From the human T2T-CHM13v2.0 reference genome, Homo sapiens, in the NCBI RefSeq assembly GCF_009914755.1, contig NC_060936.1: DNA of 64,000 bases; one strand, given 5' to 3'. Both the position numbers and the translations under genes were made by a program. Positions 24,915-41,518 of the stretch are shown here, piece by piece (within the stretch, counting starts at the first letter, position 1; each line of letters opens with the position of its first letter). The notes beneath the pieces were generated by a model. The model had not been told where the DNA came from. It saw only the letters and a list, made by a program, of their open reading frames with translations, and did no database searches.

Positions 24915-25520
24915 CATCTCTCACTGGTGGATTGAAACAGCTTCCCAACCAGTCTCTCTGCTCCCCTATAGTCTAGCACGTCGGATAAAGTGTTATCCTC
25001 TTAAGACAAATCAGATCACATCTCTCCCTGGATGGAAACTTTCCAGTGGCTTCCCGTTGCACTTACAATAAATCTAAGTCTTTGCCATGACCTAAGCCCT
25101 ACCTAACAGGGCCATTGCTCTCCCCCTTACAGAGCTCTGGCCACATCACCCTTCATTCTGTTCCCGTCTCAGGGCCTTTGCACTTGCTAATTTCTCTGTT
25201 ATAATGTCTACTGTCTTTGCATCCTTGCATGACTGGCTCTTTTTATTATTCAGGCCTCTATTTAAATGTCACCTTCTCAGTGACACCTTTACTGACTACC
25301 TAACGTGGGTCCCTCCTTTCCATTTTCTGCCTATAACATGTCCTTATTTTATTTTCCATATAGCAGTTATCACTCTTGAAATTACCTTGTTAGTAGATTC
25401 ATTGTCTGTCTTCTCTTCCACCAATATGGAAGCTCTCTGGGACAACAGAGACCTGTCTCTGATTTTCTGCTGTGTTTATACTCCGTAGCACAGAGTAAGC
25501 ACTTAGTATTTATTCTATGA
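24915..25520 (+). mobile_element. L2 fragment
   Basis: 'tcagatcacatctctcc...ccagtggcttccc...ctcagggcctttgcacttgct...aaatgtcacct'. Confidence 0.8.
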
Positions 25521-26979
25521 TTCATAATGAAACTTACAGCGGTTAAGCCACTTACTGGAGGTCACAGCTATGTGGAAAAGCTAGGATTAGAACCTAGGTC
25601 TATCTTGTTCCAAAGCCCATGTTCTTTGTTATTCCAAGTTGCCTGGCTGAACTGATGGCAGTTTCACAGGCAGACGCCACATTGTGACCCCAACTCTGCT
25701 GTCAAGCAGGGAGGTCGCATCTCTTGGATTGCCCCAAAGACAGGTTGGGATGGCTTGTCTACTCAGAGGCCATGTGGCTTTTTCTTGTTATAGACACCTC
25801 CCTCTTGCCAGGCATAAATGAGGGCCAGGAATCTTCAGCTTTTAAATGGCCTTGGCTTCTGGCCCATAGCAGTAAGGGAGGAAGTAAAGGGATCAGGCTT
25901 TGAAATGAGAGTGGCTGGAGTTTGGACTATGGGATGTGGAGAGAGAGGGAGAGAGAGAGATGGGGTTGCAAACTGCAGAAAGCCCTGGAAAGCTCTAAAG
26001 AGTGATGTTTGGCTTTACTAGACCTGAGTCCCAACAGGTAGGGAGTAGAGGTATCAAATGCCCAAGAGGCATTGGAGAATTCTTTGTCCTGAGGGGATGG
26101 GAGATTCCAATGGGATTCATTCTTGTGCAAGGGGATTCAGGGGAGCCCTGCCAACTTGGCTGAGCTGAATATTCTCTCTGCCCCTCCGAGGCATTCTCCA
26201 CCCACATCCACACTGCTCTGTGCCCAGGAGCTATACGTATAGAAAACTGCATCTAGATCCACTGGGGCTCTCTTGCTCTCCGGCTTCCAGACCAGCTCGA
26301 CCAATGGGAGGCACCCCAGAAGATCAGAGGGCGGGAGGAGAGAGAGGATGGGGTATTTCTCCCTCTTCAAGGCCCCTCTTGACTTCTGTAGCTGTGGCTA
26401 CTTTACCGTATGACTACAGCTCCCGTTGCACAGTTTTCTTCCTTAGCTGCACCACCCACTAGGTTCTGGTTACCACATGGAGCCTGGGAAAAATAAGCAT
26501 GTTTCACTTAACACATTGCCAGCACTGCTGCCCTTTAAAAAACTGGGGTTCTGTTGGTAAGAAAAAAAAAGGGGGAAATGGGATGCCATAAACTAGAAAT
26601 GTCTGCTGCAGGGAGTACCCAGGTCACAAGTACCCAAATAAAGACTGATAATTCAGGCACCAGAAAAAGTGTTGCATGATGTGATACTCTAAATTCCTTT
26701 TTGATTCTGTGATTCTATAACTGTGCAGGACTTTTCCCCTCCAACAACTATTTATTGAGCACCTACTGTATGCCAGGAATACAGAGTGCACAAAGCAGAC
26801 CAAGCTCTGCTGTCACAGAGCAGGAGACAGATGATTAAGTAAACCAATGAACAAACAAGGGATTACATAATCCCTGCCATGAAGTGCCTTCCCAGGGGTG
26901 CAGTGGAGTAGGTTAGAGCTGTATGGTAGTAGACGACTCCCGACCCATCTCTAAAATGGGGGTGGGGTTTGTGATTTCT

Positions 26980-27281
<302 letters not shown>

Positions 27282-28357
27282 GAGTTCATGATCTCTAAGG
27301 ACCTTCCCAGCTGTGGTTACTATGATTCCACTTCAGACAGTTTTCCTGCAAGATAGAAACGAGTGGTGGAAGAATCAACTTTTATTTCTTGCTGACACAG
27401 CACCACGCGGTTAAGTTGGCCATCTATTTAAATACATATATATTCACTGAACTAGGCACTTTTTAGGATAAGATTGCATTGGGGAGTTTAAATATTTGGA
27501 CCTACTTCCAGAACCATTTGGTGAAGAACACATCATTTCAACCAAATATATCACTGCTTTCAATCCATTTTACTAAGTGTCTGTTGCCTTGGGTTGCTTG
27601 GGGCCCTTGGAGAGAGATGAGATCCATCCCCATAGAGCAATAATTAGAAAATCATGTAGTTCAATGGGTATGAGTGTGTCCTAGCCGGTGTGAGCAGGCG
27701 AGATGATTGAGAGGAGGTTGCATGAAGGGGATGGACTGAGCCCAGGAGCTGCCTTGACCATGTGTATCTATGCCCAAGTAGACAAGGCTTCCCTGTTCCC
27801 CACTTACCACTACACCCATACCCCCAACAGCTCCTACCACTTGAAGCTGATTTCGCCCTCACATGGGTTCCCCATGCACAGGGGGGAAGACCTAAACCAG
27901 CGGTGCCAGCCTACCTCCTGCCTTCAACCATTTTGTGCTGTCTGCACTCATAGCATGGGGTCCTGGGTGGAATCACTGACCTCATAAATAAAGCCTGTTC
28001 AGGGCAGGGAAGGGGAGATAGGTCAAGGCCTCCTAGGGCCATTTACAGGCAGACAGTGGGCATGTACTGAGCATTCACAGGGTGCCAGGCCCTTGACTTT
28101 TTCACTGCAAGCCATCCAACAACCCTACGAGGTGAGTGGTATCGAATCCCTTCTGGGAAGATGGAAACATTGCTTCTCAGCCTTTTGGCTAAGATTAAAT
28201 GTAGGGAAGTGGAAACTGAGAGTACCAGTCTTGCAACAGACAGATGATTCATTCATGGTGGTTAATAAGGGGCAAGTTTAATAAAAGGACAACTTACGAA
28301 GTCACAGGCAGGGTTTGGTGCAGTATCCCAGGGGAAATAACAGATAGGACAGAACCT

Positions 28358-28819
28358 CTATTGCAGAATAATGCCCCACCCCCCACCAATGCCTGTGTCC
28401 TAATCCCCAGAACTGTGAACATGTCACCTCCCATGATGAAACAGACTTTGCACATATGATGAAGTTAAGGATTGTGAGATGGGGGTATTCTCCAGCAGGA
28501 CCAATATAACCACAAGGGCCCTTGTAAGGGGCAGGAAGGCCAAAGTCAGAGAGAAAATGTGCCTGGAAGCAGAGGTGAAGCACTTTGAAGATGGAGGAAG
28601 GGGCCATGAGGTGAGGGAGGCAGGTGGCCTCTAGAAGCTGGAAAGAACAAGGAATTGGATTCTTCCCTAGAATTTCCAGAAGGGAAAACAGCCTGGTTGA
28701 TATGTTGACTTTAAACCAGTGAAACTGATTTTGGATCCCTGATCTCCAGAACTGTCAGAGAATAAATGACCACTCTGTTTTGTGGTCATTTGTTTCAGCA
28801 GCAACAGGAGGTGAATACA
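28358..28819 (+). mobile_element. MLT1C/D MaLR LTR
   Basis: 'gcagaataatgcccc...gtcctaatccccagaac...ctttgaagatggaggaaggggccatgag...ctagaagctggaaa...gagaataaat'. Confidence 0.85.
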
Positions 28820-29224
28820 CACCCCTAGGCTGAAAGGGGGAAGGGAGGGAGAGCATTGCAGGAAAGGCTGCCCCAGGAGCGGAGCCCTTTGCTCACAGTG
28901 TGCGACCAGCCAGAGGAGGAAGAAGCCAGGCCATCAACACCCTGATCTCCTTTTCTTCCCTCCTTCCACCCTCCTGTGAGGCTCCCTATGGGCTAACTCA
29001 AGCCATGGGACAGGGGAGGATGGAGAGTTGCCGAGACGAGGGGATGAGCTGATAGATATGCAGCCCAGAGTCAGGCAAGGCTCTTAGCATTTGTCTCGGA
29101 AAATAAATCACTTGCCTAAGATAATGCAGTAAATATCAGGTTCAGAAATGATGTTGTCACCACTATTTTTTAAGTTTTTTTGTGCCAGCACTGAGCAAAG
29201 CACCTCACATACAAATAATCAGAA

Positions 29225-29470
29225 GGCAGTGCGGTGTGGTGGATCTGGAAGTCACACTTCCTAGGGTTTAAAGGTCAGCCTCACTACCTATCTGCTGTGT
29301 GACTCTAGACATGTTACCAGACCTTTCTGAGCCTCAGTTCTCTCATGTACAATATGGGGCCAATAAGTGCACCTGCCTTGGAGGATCTCCAGTTTTAAGT
29401 GAAATAAACCAGGGAAAGCATTTTTCATGATGTTCAGCACACAGAAACTACCACATGAGTGCTAACTATC
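29225..29470 (+). mobile_element. MIR
   Basis: 'gctgtgtgact...ctttctgagcctcagttctctcatgtacaatatgggg'. Confidence 0.8.
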
Positions 29471-29589
29471 TTACAATTAGCATTTATTTGGGATTGGGAT
29501 TTGGACCCGGGACTGTCTGACAGTGAGGCTGGGAAAATGTTCTGCTTGGTAACAGCTCAAAATCTTTCCAGGTCAGGCACCCCAAATAT

Positions 29590-30065
29590 GATATGATGAT
29601 AAGGGCATGTCACCTCTGTGTTCTTCTCAAAAACCCACCACCCCAGTCTCATCATGAGAAAGCCATCAGAGAAACCCCTGTGGAAGCACATTCTACAAAA
29701 CACCTGACCAGTGCTCTTTAAAACTCTTAAGGTCATGAAACTACAAGGAAAGATGCAGAAATCGTCACAGGATGACTAAGTGCAATGTGGAAACCTGGAT
29801 TGGATCCTGGAATGGAAAAACGAGCATTGATGAGGAAAAACAAAAAGACTAAAAGCTGAATCAAGTCTGGAGTTAACAGTAATGTATGAATGGGGGATTC
29901 TTAGATTTGACAGATGTAAGGTGTAAGATTATCATCGTACATAAGGTGAGAACATTAAGGGGAGACTGAAACTGGGTGAGGAAACCCTTCTTTGCAATGT
30001 TTTGCAACTTTTATATTTGCAACTTTTTTTATAAGCCTAAAGTTACCTCCAAATTAAAAAGTGAT
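29590..30065 (+). mobile_element. Old L1 (L1MC/MD) 3' fragment
   Basis: 'cattctacaaaacacctgaccagtgctctt...ctaagtgcaatgtgg...cctggattggatcctggaa...ttttgcaacttt'. Confidence 0.75.
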
Positions 30066-30617
30066 TTAAAAAAATTATTTCCGAAGAGATTCTGCTGGTA
30101 TCCTCAGAAGCATCAAGTGTTTGTTACAGTCATACATTTAAGTAAGCAAAAGTGAGGAGAGGACGAGGCAATAAGGCTGTGTCTCTCTTAAATGCAGAAA
30201 CTATAATTTAATATGATCCTGATGCTAAGATCCAGTTAAAAGGCGCCAGGAAAACATTAGCCTCCCCTGCAGGGAGATTCATTCATTTCCTCACATTTGA
30301 GGGATCAGAGAAGTGAATGTCCGCCCACATTGGGGACTCGTGTTTCCTCCTGATTTGAGCCAAAGCCAGCCACCTGTTTGCTGTCAGCCGGGCCATCCTG
30401 AGGCTTCTGCCCTCAGTGCAGAGGGATACACATACCCGGGACCTGTAGCCCCTTGTCCTCATGGCTCAAGACAGAAAGAAAGGCATTGCTGACTCTATAC
30501 TTTTTCTGCTGAGATTCTGGGAAGCAAGAGGTCACTCTTTCTGTGGGAGCGATTTTGCCCTGGCTTGGAGAGCTGCGAGCACTATGCTTCTCTTGAATCA
30601 CAACTATACTATTGCAA

Positions 30618-30668
30618 CTCAGCCTCCCAAAGTGCTTGGATTACAGGCGTGAGCCACCGCGCCCAGCC
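30618..30668 (-). mobile_element. Isolated 51-bp Alu 5' end
   Basis: ctcagcctcccaaagtgcttggattacaggcgtgagccaccgcgcccagcc, with no Alu sequence to its left. Confidence 0.9.
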
Positions 30669-31552
30669 TATTCTTCTAAAATATATTTTTAAGTGATGGT
30701 TTTATCTTCATCTTACGAAGTTTCCATGACTTCTTAGCCAGTCCCTTGCATTAGACATTAGTTGTTTTTAGTTTGTAACTTTATAAATAATGCAGTCATG
30801 AATATCTTTCACACACTGTGCAAATTTCTCAGTCAAATATATGACAATTTTATGGCTCTTGCTATACAACAGGGTCGATCACAACATCTGGGAAGTTTAT
30901 ACCAATTTAAGTGATTCACTGCAGCCTTTTCAAGGGAATCATTAAGGACCCTAGTTCTGTTTTGGTTCACCAGTGAGCAGAGATTTCATTTTCTCTAATT
31001 GGAAAAGATTTGGCCAGGAGCATAACCTAACTGATGGTCACTAATAAACCCTTTGATCTGCCCCAGGAAATGTCAAAACAAGTTTGCCCTCTTGCCTCTG
31101 AAGGCACTTGGAATCCAATTGTCCAAAGAGCTACTCTCTCTGTCCAGCCATCGCTGACCTTATGAACATTAAAGACTGTCCTGGGATGCATTTGGAGCCA
31201 GGCAGCTTAAAATTCTGAGCCTGGTAGTGGTATATAAACTGCACTTGCCCACACAGCCCACAGGAGCCAGTGGTCCAATGCACCTGAAATGATAATGCAT
31301 TCAAAGTAAGCCTTATTGAATGAGGAATACCATATTTATTAACCATATCAACATTCTAAATAATGGCACATGTAGTATGTCTTCCATTGGGTTTCTTAGA
31401 GGTGGAGTCTGAGACGGAAGTCTCAGGATAACTTCAAGGGGGTTACTGAGGGACAGCTTGCTAGAGAAAATCCAGTAAGAAAGAGGGAAGCAGATCAGGG
31501 CAAATTCGGAGGCCAAGGGGAGTTGTGGTTCAGCTGAAGTCTAGTCTTAGCC

Positions 31553-31932
31553 TGATATGGACTGGATTTGTGTCCCCACCCAAATCTCCTGTCAACTGTG
31601 ATCCCCAGTGTTGGAAAAGGGGCCTAGCGGAAGGTGATTGGATCATGGGGGTGGATGTCCCTCTTGCTATTCTCCTGATAGTGAGTTCTCACAAGATCTG
31701 GTTGTTTAAAAGTGTGTAGCACCTCCCCCTGCTTTCTCTTCCTCCCCCTCCAGCCATGGAAGGCGTGACTCCTTCCTCTTCGCCTTCTGCCATGATTGTA
31801 AGTTTCCTGAGGCCTTCCCAGCCATGCTTCCTCTACAGTCTGCAGAACTGTGAGTCAATTAAACCTCTTTTCTTTATAAACTACCCAGTCTCAGGTAGTT
31901 TTTTTATAGCAATGCAAGAACTAACTAATACA
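31553..31932 (+). mobile_element. THE1D/MSTA-type MaLR LTR nested in an older ERVL-type LTR (~31375-32170)
   Basis: 'tgatatgg..tggatttgtgtccccacccaaatctc...ctgccatgattgtaagtttcctgaggcc...caattaaacctcttttctttataaa...ctaataca'. Confidence 0.9.
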
Positions 31933-32449
31933 TCTGATCTTGTGGGGAGCTCAGGAACACTGTTCCCCTAACCCCTCTAGGTAAGGGCCCTGGCCTTTCA
32001 TACCTGGCATTAGTCAGTCGTTGGAAACTGCCTCCCCACAGCATCAAGAACACAATTTTTTAGGGAAAAGAACAGTTGTGAGCTGTTAGCAGCCAACATT
32101 CCCAGCAAGTTGGGAAATGGGTGCACCAGCCCAGTAAAGGATTCTACACCAGACACCAAGAGTGTCTACTATATTATGCATAAATAAATTATCATGATGA
32201 CTTATTCTCATGTCAACATGCCATGTAAGCCTGAAGTCCCCATTGGCTATTTTATGTCCTTGCCTTGGGAGTCATATAGCATTACTTCTGCTGTAGTCAT
32301 AAGCCTACCTGGACTCAAGGAGTGGGGACCTAGGCCCCCAGTTCTTGATGAGAAGAATCAGAGTCACATTGTAAAATAGCATGTAGACTAAGATACATTG
32401 TTGAGGCTGTATTTGGAAAATAGAATCTCCCATAATATGTAATTGGATA

Positions 32450-34835
<2,386 letters not shown>

Positions 34836-34836
34836 G

Positions 34837-36149
<1,313 letters not shown>

Positions 36150-37304
36150 AATCTGAGGTTTCCCTGGTTTTCAAATTTAGCTGTGTATTTTATTAAAGTG
36201 TTGATTTTTTTTTACAAAGAATTCTAGGTGTTTCTTTGTACCCCATCAGCATCTGACTTGATCTTTCACTTTGCTTCTGTCTCCTACTCCCCCTAAATTC
36301 CCCTTGCTTGTCCAAGCCATCTGCAGCTTGAGGTCTGAAATAGACCCCAGATGGAAACTGAGCAGTTGGTCAATCTTCTCATGCCCCTAGGAAATACAAG
36401 GGTGGGCCCCTGGCTGAGGGCTTTATATTTCACTTTCAAAAAGAATAGCCTCCTTCTCCTTTCTGCCACCCTCATTAGACCAGCCCCTTTGTGGTACCAG
36501 CCCTGCACCCACAAATCCAAGAGGTATTGTAGGCAGATATAGGAGCAGGATCAGGAGTTAGGGAATCCCAGGACAGCAGCTGTGATAAGAGTCGGCAACA
36601 CAGTAGCAATCGGGTGTCCCAAGTGGTGAGGCAATAAGCCTTCCAAATAAGGGCATGGAAAACTGGAAGGATTAAAGGGGGAAAGAACAAGGCAAAAGTC
36701 ACCCAGAAAAGATGAGGGGCAGAGTTAGACTTTTGTCCAGCCTCTGCTCCTTATCCTGGGGCTCCTTTAACAAGACCCCAGATGGTCTCTAGACATACAA
36801 GAGCAGTTCCTGAGAACTGGGTTGTGCCAGAGCTCTGGGGGCCCAATCACTTCTGCAACTGGAAAACTCATATGCCACCCCAAATTAATATATTTAATGA
36901 AAGGAGAGGAAGGCTATTGGCCAGTTTCCCCTTCCTCTGACTCATCTCTTGGTTTTGCATGGTTCATCTCCACCCACGCTTCATACCTGGATCCTGTCTC
37001 TAGATTCCTGATTCTGGAACATCCTAGAACTTAGCCAGGTATTTGTCCTTTGGTCATGCAGGACAGGACATGGAAACCTGCTGAGAACCAAAGGACCCAC
37101 CCTGAGGAGAAGCACCTGGCCACTCATACCCGAGTTCTCAGATTTGACTCCTTATGACCTTAATTAAAACCATATATTATACCATAACTGTCAGAGGCCT
37201 TATATCAGCACCCAGTACCTCCCAGACCTTCCAGGCCCCTACCTCAGCCTCTAGTCTGTTACTTCCTAGGCTGGGCTGGGTTTTGGGATAGAAGGGCCAA
37301 TGGA

Positions 37305-37570
37305 GTTGGGCAAAGAAAAAATATGAGTTTTGGAATCAGACCAACCTGAATCTGCATCCTCCAAATCTATCCTCTTGCTAGTTAAGTGTTTAGGCTCAGG
37401 TGATTTCATCTCTATGAGCCTCAGTTTTCTCATCTGTAAAATAGGTTAACAGCCAGACCTACCACAAGGGGTTGTGGGGAAGATTGAGAAGCATTAGAGT
37501 GTGAACAAAGTTTCTGACCAATGCCAGGCATGATGAGGTAGGCATTTCAAAAGCATGGGTTGAATGAGTG
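37305..37570 (+). mobile_element. MIR
   Basis: 'tttggaatcagac...tctctatgagcctcagttttctcatctgtaaaatagg'. Confidence 0.85.
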
Positions 37571-38327
37571 AATGAGCTAATAAGTGTTGTATGAAACTCA
37601 TTTCCAAAGCATTTCCTTCACCTTCCATCTCCTTTGCAACCCTCCTAATCCTAGCTGGAGAGACAGCATAGTACAGAGCTCAAGGTTCAGGATCTGGGGC
37701 TAGGTGTTTCTTGGCCCTGCTGCTTCCTAGGTGACTTTGAGATTCAACTTTTCCTTTCTTGCAAGGGGTAGAAATAAGAGCACTTACCTTGTAATTTTGT
37801 TTGTGAGAATGACATGACTTATTCTGGGTAAAGCTCTTAGAACAGTGCTTCGAATAAATATTCTTAATACTGGCTGGTTGCCTTTATCATCTCTTATCTG
37901 GGATATGGTAATAGCATCTGAGCCGGTCTCTCTACTTCTATTGCCACTGACACCCATCCATTGTTTACAATATCCACAGCATTGATCTCAAAGTGTAGAT
38001 CTGAACATCTCCCCTCCCTGCCCAAAACCCTCAATAGCTCCCCATGGCTCTTGATGCCTAACATAACCTACAAGTTTTGGCCTCTGCAGACCTCTCCAGC
38101 TACCTCCACAACTAGGGCCACTCTCATTTTTGCTTTCCAGCCCATGTCCTCCTCCTTCCTCAGTTGGCTTCTGTTAAGTTCCTCTAATGTGTAGTGCTCC
38201 CTCCTGCCACAGAGCCTTTGCACATGCTGTTCCTCTGCCTCCTCCCCTTGGCTTACTAATTCCAGCTCAAGAGTTACTTCCTCAGGGCAGCCTTCTATGG
38301 TGACACAGAGTAATTGAGGTTCTCTCA

Positions 38328-38740
38328 TGATATAGTTTGGATGGATGTTCATCCCCTCCAAATCTCATGTTGAAATGTGGTTCCCAGTGTTGGAGGTGGT
38401 GCCTAGTGGGAGGTGATTGGATCATGGAGGCAATGAATGGGACAACCAGATCTCATGTGAACTCACTGAACAAGAACTCACTTATGACCCCTCACATGAG
38501 ATGTGGTTGTTTAAGAGTTTGGGATGTCCTTCTTGCTTCCTCTCACCATGTGACATGCTTGTTCCTGCTCCATCTTCCACCATGAGCAAAAGCTCCATGA
38601 AGCCTCACCAGCAACTGAGCATGTGTGGGCATCATGCCTCCTGTACAGCCTGCAGAACCATAAGCCAATTAAACCTATTTCCTTTATAAATTACCCAGCC
38701 TCAGGTATTTTTTATAGGGATGCAAAAATGGACTAACACA
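38328..38740 (+). mobile_element. MSTB-like MaLR LTR
   Basis: 'tgatatagtttggat...aaatctcatgttgaaatgt...gggaggtgattggatcatgg...ggactaacaca'. Confidence 0.88.
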
Positions 38741-38999
38741 TCTTGTTGCTTATGGTACCATACACTTGTTCTTCATAGCACTTGCCATTTATATGGTTTT
38801 ATGTTTAATGGAGTGATTGATGTCTCTCCTTCTCCAGAAATGAGGAGCTTCATGAGAAAAGGAACTATATTCCCTGCCAATCCCAGTCAGGTTGGCCCTA
38901 CTTCCAACACAACCAGATCCCGAATTTTTTGTAGGGTGTTGCGGGGGCGGGTGGGGGGTGAGCACGGTTTAAGGTTTAGGTATCTTAAGGTTCACTCTG

Positions 39000-39391
39000 T
39001 GCTATGGTTTCAATGTCCCCTCCAGAACCCATGTTAACATTTAATTGCCACTGTGATGGTATTTAGAGGTAGGATCATTAAGAGGCTATTGGGCTATGAA
39101 AATTCCACCTTCGTGAATGGATTAATGTTGTTATCATGAATGTGGGTTCATTATCAGAACAGTGAGTTGTTACAGAAGTGATTCTGGCCCTCTCTGTCTC
39201 TCACTTTCAACCCTATTTGCTGCTCCACCTTTCACTATGGGATGATGTAGCATGAAGGCCCTAATCAGATGCCAGTACCTTGATGTTGAACTTCCCATCC
39301 TCCAGAACTGTGAGCCAAATAAATTTATTTTCTGTATAAATTATTCAGCTTTTGATATTCTCTTCTAAGCAATACAAAATGGACTAAGACA
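39000..39391 (+). mobile_element. MSTC/D-like MaLR LTR
   Basis: 'tgctatggtttcaatgtcccctcc...gaatggattaatg...gaactgtgagccaaataaattt...ggactaagaca'; TSD ctctg/gtctg. Confidence 0.85.
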
Positions 39392-39802
39392 GTCTGGTAC
39401 CAAAGTGTTTGCCCACAGGGAAGGCTAGAATAGTAGGGTATGCAGGCTTATACCCTTACCCAGTGGATGGTGGGAATTGGTGTATAAACACACAGTTCCC
39501 TCACCTTTTAGGTGGGGTAACCCTGACATATGTGTTCTACACTGGTTCCCAGAATTTTCCCAGTGGGATTAAGCTCTATTTGTTCATGGTGGTAGCTGGC
39601 CTGATAATACATCCTTGATTATTTATCTTTTTTTCCTGGTTTCACTTCTCCATTTCCTGATGCATGTTTCTATCATTTCCCATATAAACAATTTATATTC
39701 AGATATGATTGGGTGTGTTCAGGGTGATATGGTCATAGACAACAACTTATATTCAAACCCCCTTTCTCAGGGTCTATTTCTGGAGAAATTCAAACTAAGC
39801 CA
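39392..39802 (+). mobile_element. LTR16-like ERVL LTR (3' part)
   Basis: 'tgtgttctacactggttcccaga...cccagtgggattaagctc...ctcagggtctatttctgg...caaactaag'. Confidence 0.7.
39699..39740 (-). pseudogene. 3'-truncated (tailless) 5S rRNA retropseudogene, 5S nt 1-42
   Basis: Minus strand GTCTATGACCATATCACCCTGAACACACCCAATCATATCTGA versus 5S GTCTACGGCCATACCACCCTGAACGCGCCCGATCTCGTCTGA: 33/42, with 6 of the 9 differences being CpG transitions; 15-bp TSD at 39687-39701 and 39741-39755. Confidence 0.9.
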
Positions 39803-40069
39803 TCATCATTTCCCCAGTACCTAGCATGATACACAACGTGTAGTCAGTACTTTACAAAAATATTTCATAAATGAATGACTGAATGAATAAATAAATGCAT
39901 TTATATAAAGAAAACTTCCAATGGTAGTAGCTCTTTGGTGTTTGGTTGGGTTCATGGAAGTTATTCAGGGTAACTTACTACCACTGTTGGGGCCTCAGTT
40001 TCTCCATCTATAAAATCACCAATGGAGGAGCTGGGAATTTAGAAAGAAGTGACATAGGAGGCCTCTAAT

Positions 40070-40292
40070 CAGGTGGTTTTCACCAGGGGGTAAATTTTGC
40101 TCCCAAGGGGACATTTGTCAATTTGGGGAGATATTTTTGGTTGTTACAACTTAGGGAGAGGGCTGTGCTGCTGGCATCTAGTGGGTAGAGGCCAGAGATA
40201 CTCCTAAACATCCTACAGTCCACAGGACAGCCCCCCGCCCCCAAGAATTATCTGGTCTAAAATGCCAATGGAGCTGAGGTTGAGAGATCCTG
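40070..40292. mobile_element. MER20 hAT element
   Basis: 'ggggacatttg...tttttggttgttacaact...ctggcatctagtgggtagaggccag...aaacatcctaca'. Confidence 0.9.
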
Positions 40293-40674
40293 CTTTAACT
40301 TCTTTCTGCTCTAAAAGCCTCCAATTCAATTATACCCTCACCTAATGGATGATGGGAAACTGTACCCAAAGGGGTACAATTTCCTGATCTAGCTCCCAGT
40401 GAGCTCAATTACTGTAGTTTGTTTATACATGCCCCTTTTAAATATCCTTTTATTTCTAAAATCAGGAGGTGTCTTACAATGACTGTTGCATCATAGCTTA
40501 ATTGACAAAGGTCTTATTTCTTGTTTGCTTAACGATGTGGTATGTTATTTCCCCTCCTGGATTTGTAGTTCACTGGACACTAGAGAGTGCTGTGCTGTTC
40601 CAGGGATCCTTGAGACTGTGTCTAAGCCCTGCAAATAAGAATCCACACTTTACCAGCCCGCTGTCCTACTGAAA

Positions 40675-40727
40675 GTGTTCTAATCAAAATATAAAACTAT
40701 TGTGTTCTAATCAAAATGTAAAACTAT
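40675..40727. repeat. 27-bp tandem duplication
   Basis: gtgttctaatcaaaatataaaactatt gtgttctaatcaaaatgtaaaactat. Confidence 0.9.
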
Positions 40728-41336
40728 CAGCCTTTTTTCTTTTCACTTGCTCTGGCCTAAATTCTTATTTTTGTCTCTTTCTCCCTACAAGCAAAGCTGT
40801 TCTTTACTGACATCATCAACCTTCTCATTCAGTCTTGGGATACCACCCAGCAGGTGCCCCCAAACCTTGAACTCTCAGAGAAGCCATGGTCCATCCCAAC
40901 TTAAATGAAACTCAGACACTTTAGAGGAAGTCCCAGGAAAGCCCAAGGCTCCAGATGGTCCACATAGCACTGAAGCACCGCTCCTCTGAACTGGACTTGT
41001 TTATTGCTCCCCAGTAGGGAAGACCCTATGGAACATCCTAATGATGACTTGACATCGGGTAGACCAAATGTTCATGTCCATTTTTCCCACCAATCACAAC
41101 TCTCTTAAAGTTAGTAGTCACTTGGGAGACCATTAAGTCATCCTCCTGGTTCCAGGAAAGGGGTCTTTTTATTATTATGCTTTGTGATTCAGCTCTTGTC
41201 CCAAATACTCTATGAACCCCCCAAGTTGAGTTAACTGTTCCCCTCTGTGTTGCCATGGCCCCTGGATTTCCCTACACCACAGCACTCATCACAATAAATC
41301 ATAAGTGTCTTTCAGTTTGCCTTTCTCCCACTAGGT

Positions 41337-41518
41337 CAATGTTCTCAAACTGAAGCCTGAGTCAGAACCCCATGCAGGGCTTATTAAACATAGATCTGGG
41401 CTCCACCCTACAGATTTCTGATTGAATAGTTCTGGAATGGGAACAAGACTTTGCATTTCTAACAAAATCCCAGATGCTGTTGAGGTGTTTGTTCAGGACC
41501 ACACTTTGGGAGATACTG
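41337..41518. mobile_element. MER5A inserted in an L2 fragment
   Basis: 'gttctcaaact...gggcttattaaa...tttctgatt...ttgcatttctaacaa...ggaccacactttg'. Confidence 0.85.

Larger units (their letters stand above)
37885..39900 (+). mobile_element. L2 fragment broken by several LTR insertions
   Basis: L2 motifs at 37885-38327, 38741-38870 and 39805-39900 ('tccccagtacctagca...aatgaatgactgaatgaa'). Confidence 0.7.

Noticed and set aside
39699-39740. Functional 5S rRNA gene
   Set aside because: Only 42 of ~120 nt are present, CpGs have decayed, the internal promoter is missing and a TSD flanks it, so it is reported as a retropseudogene.
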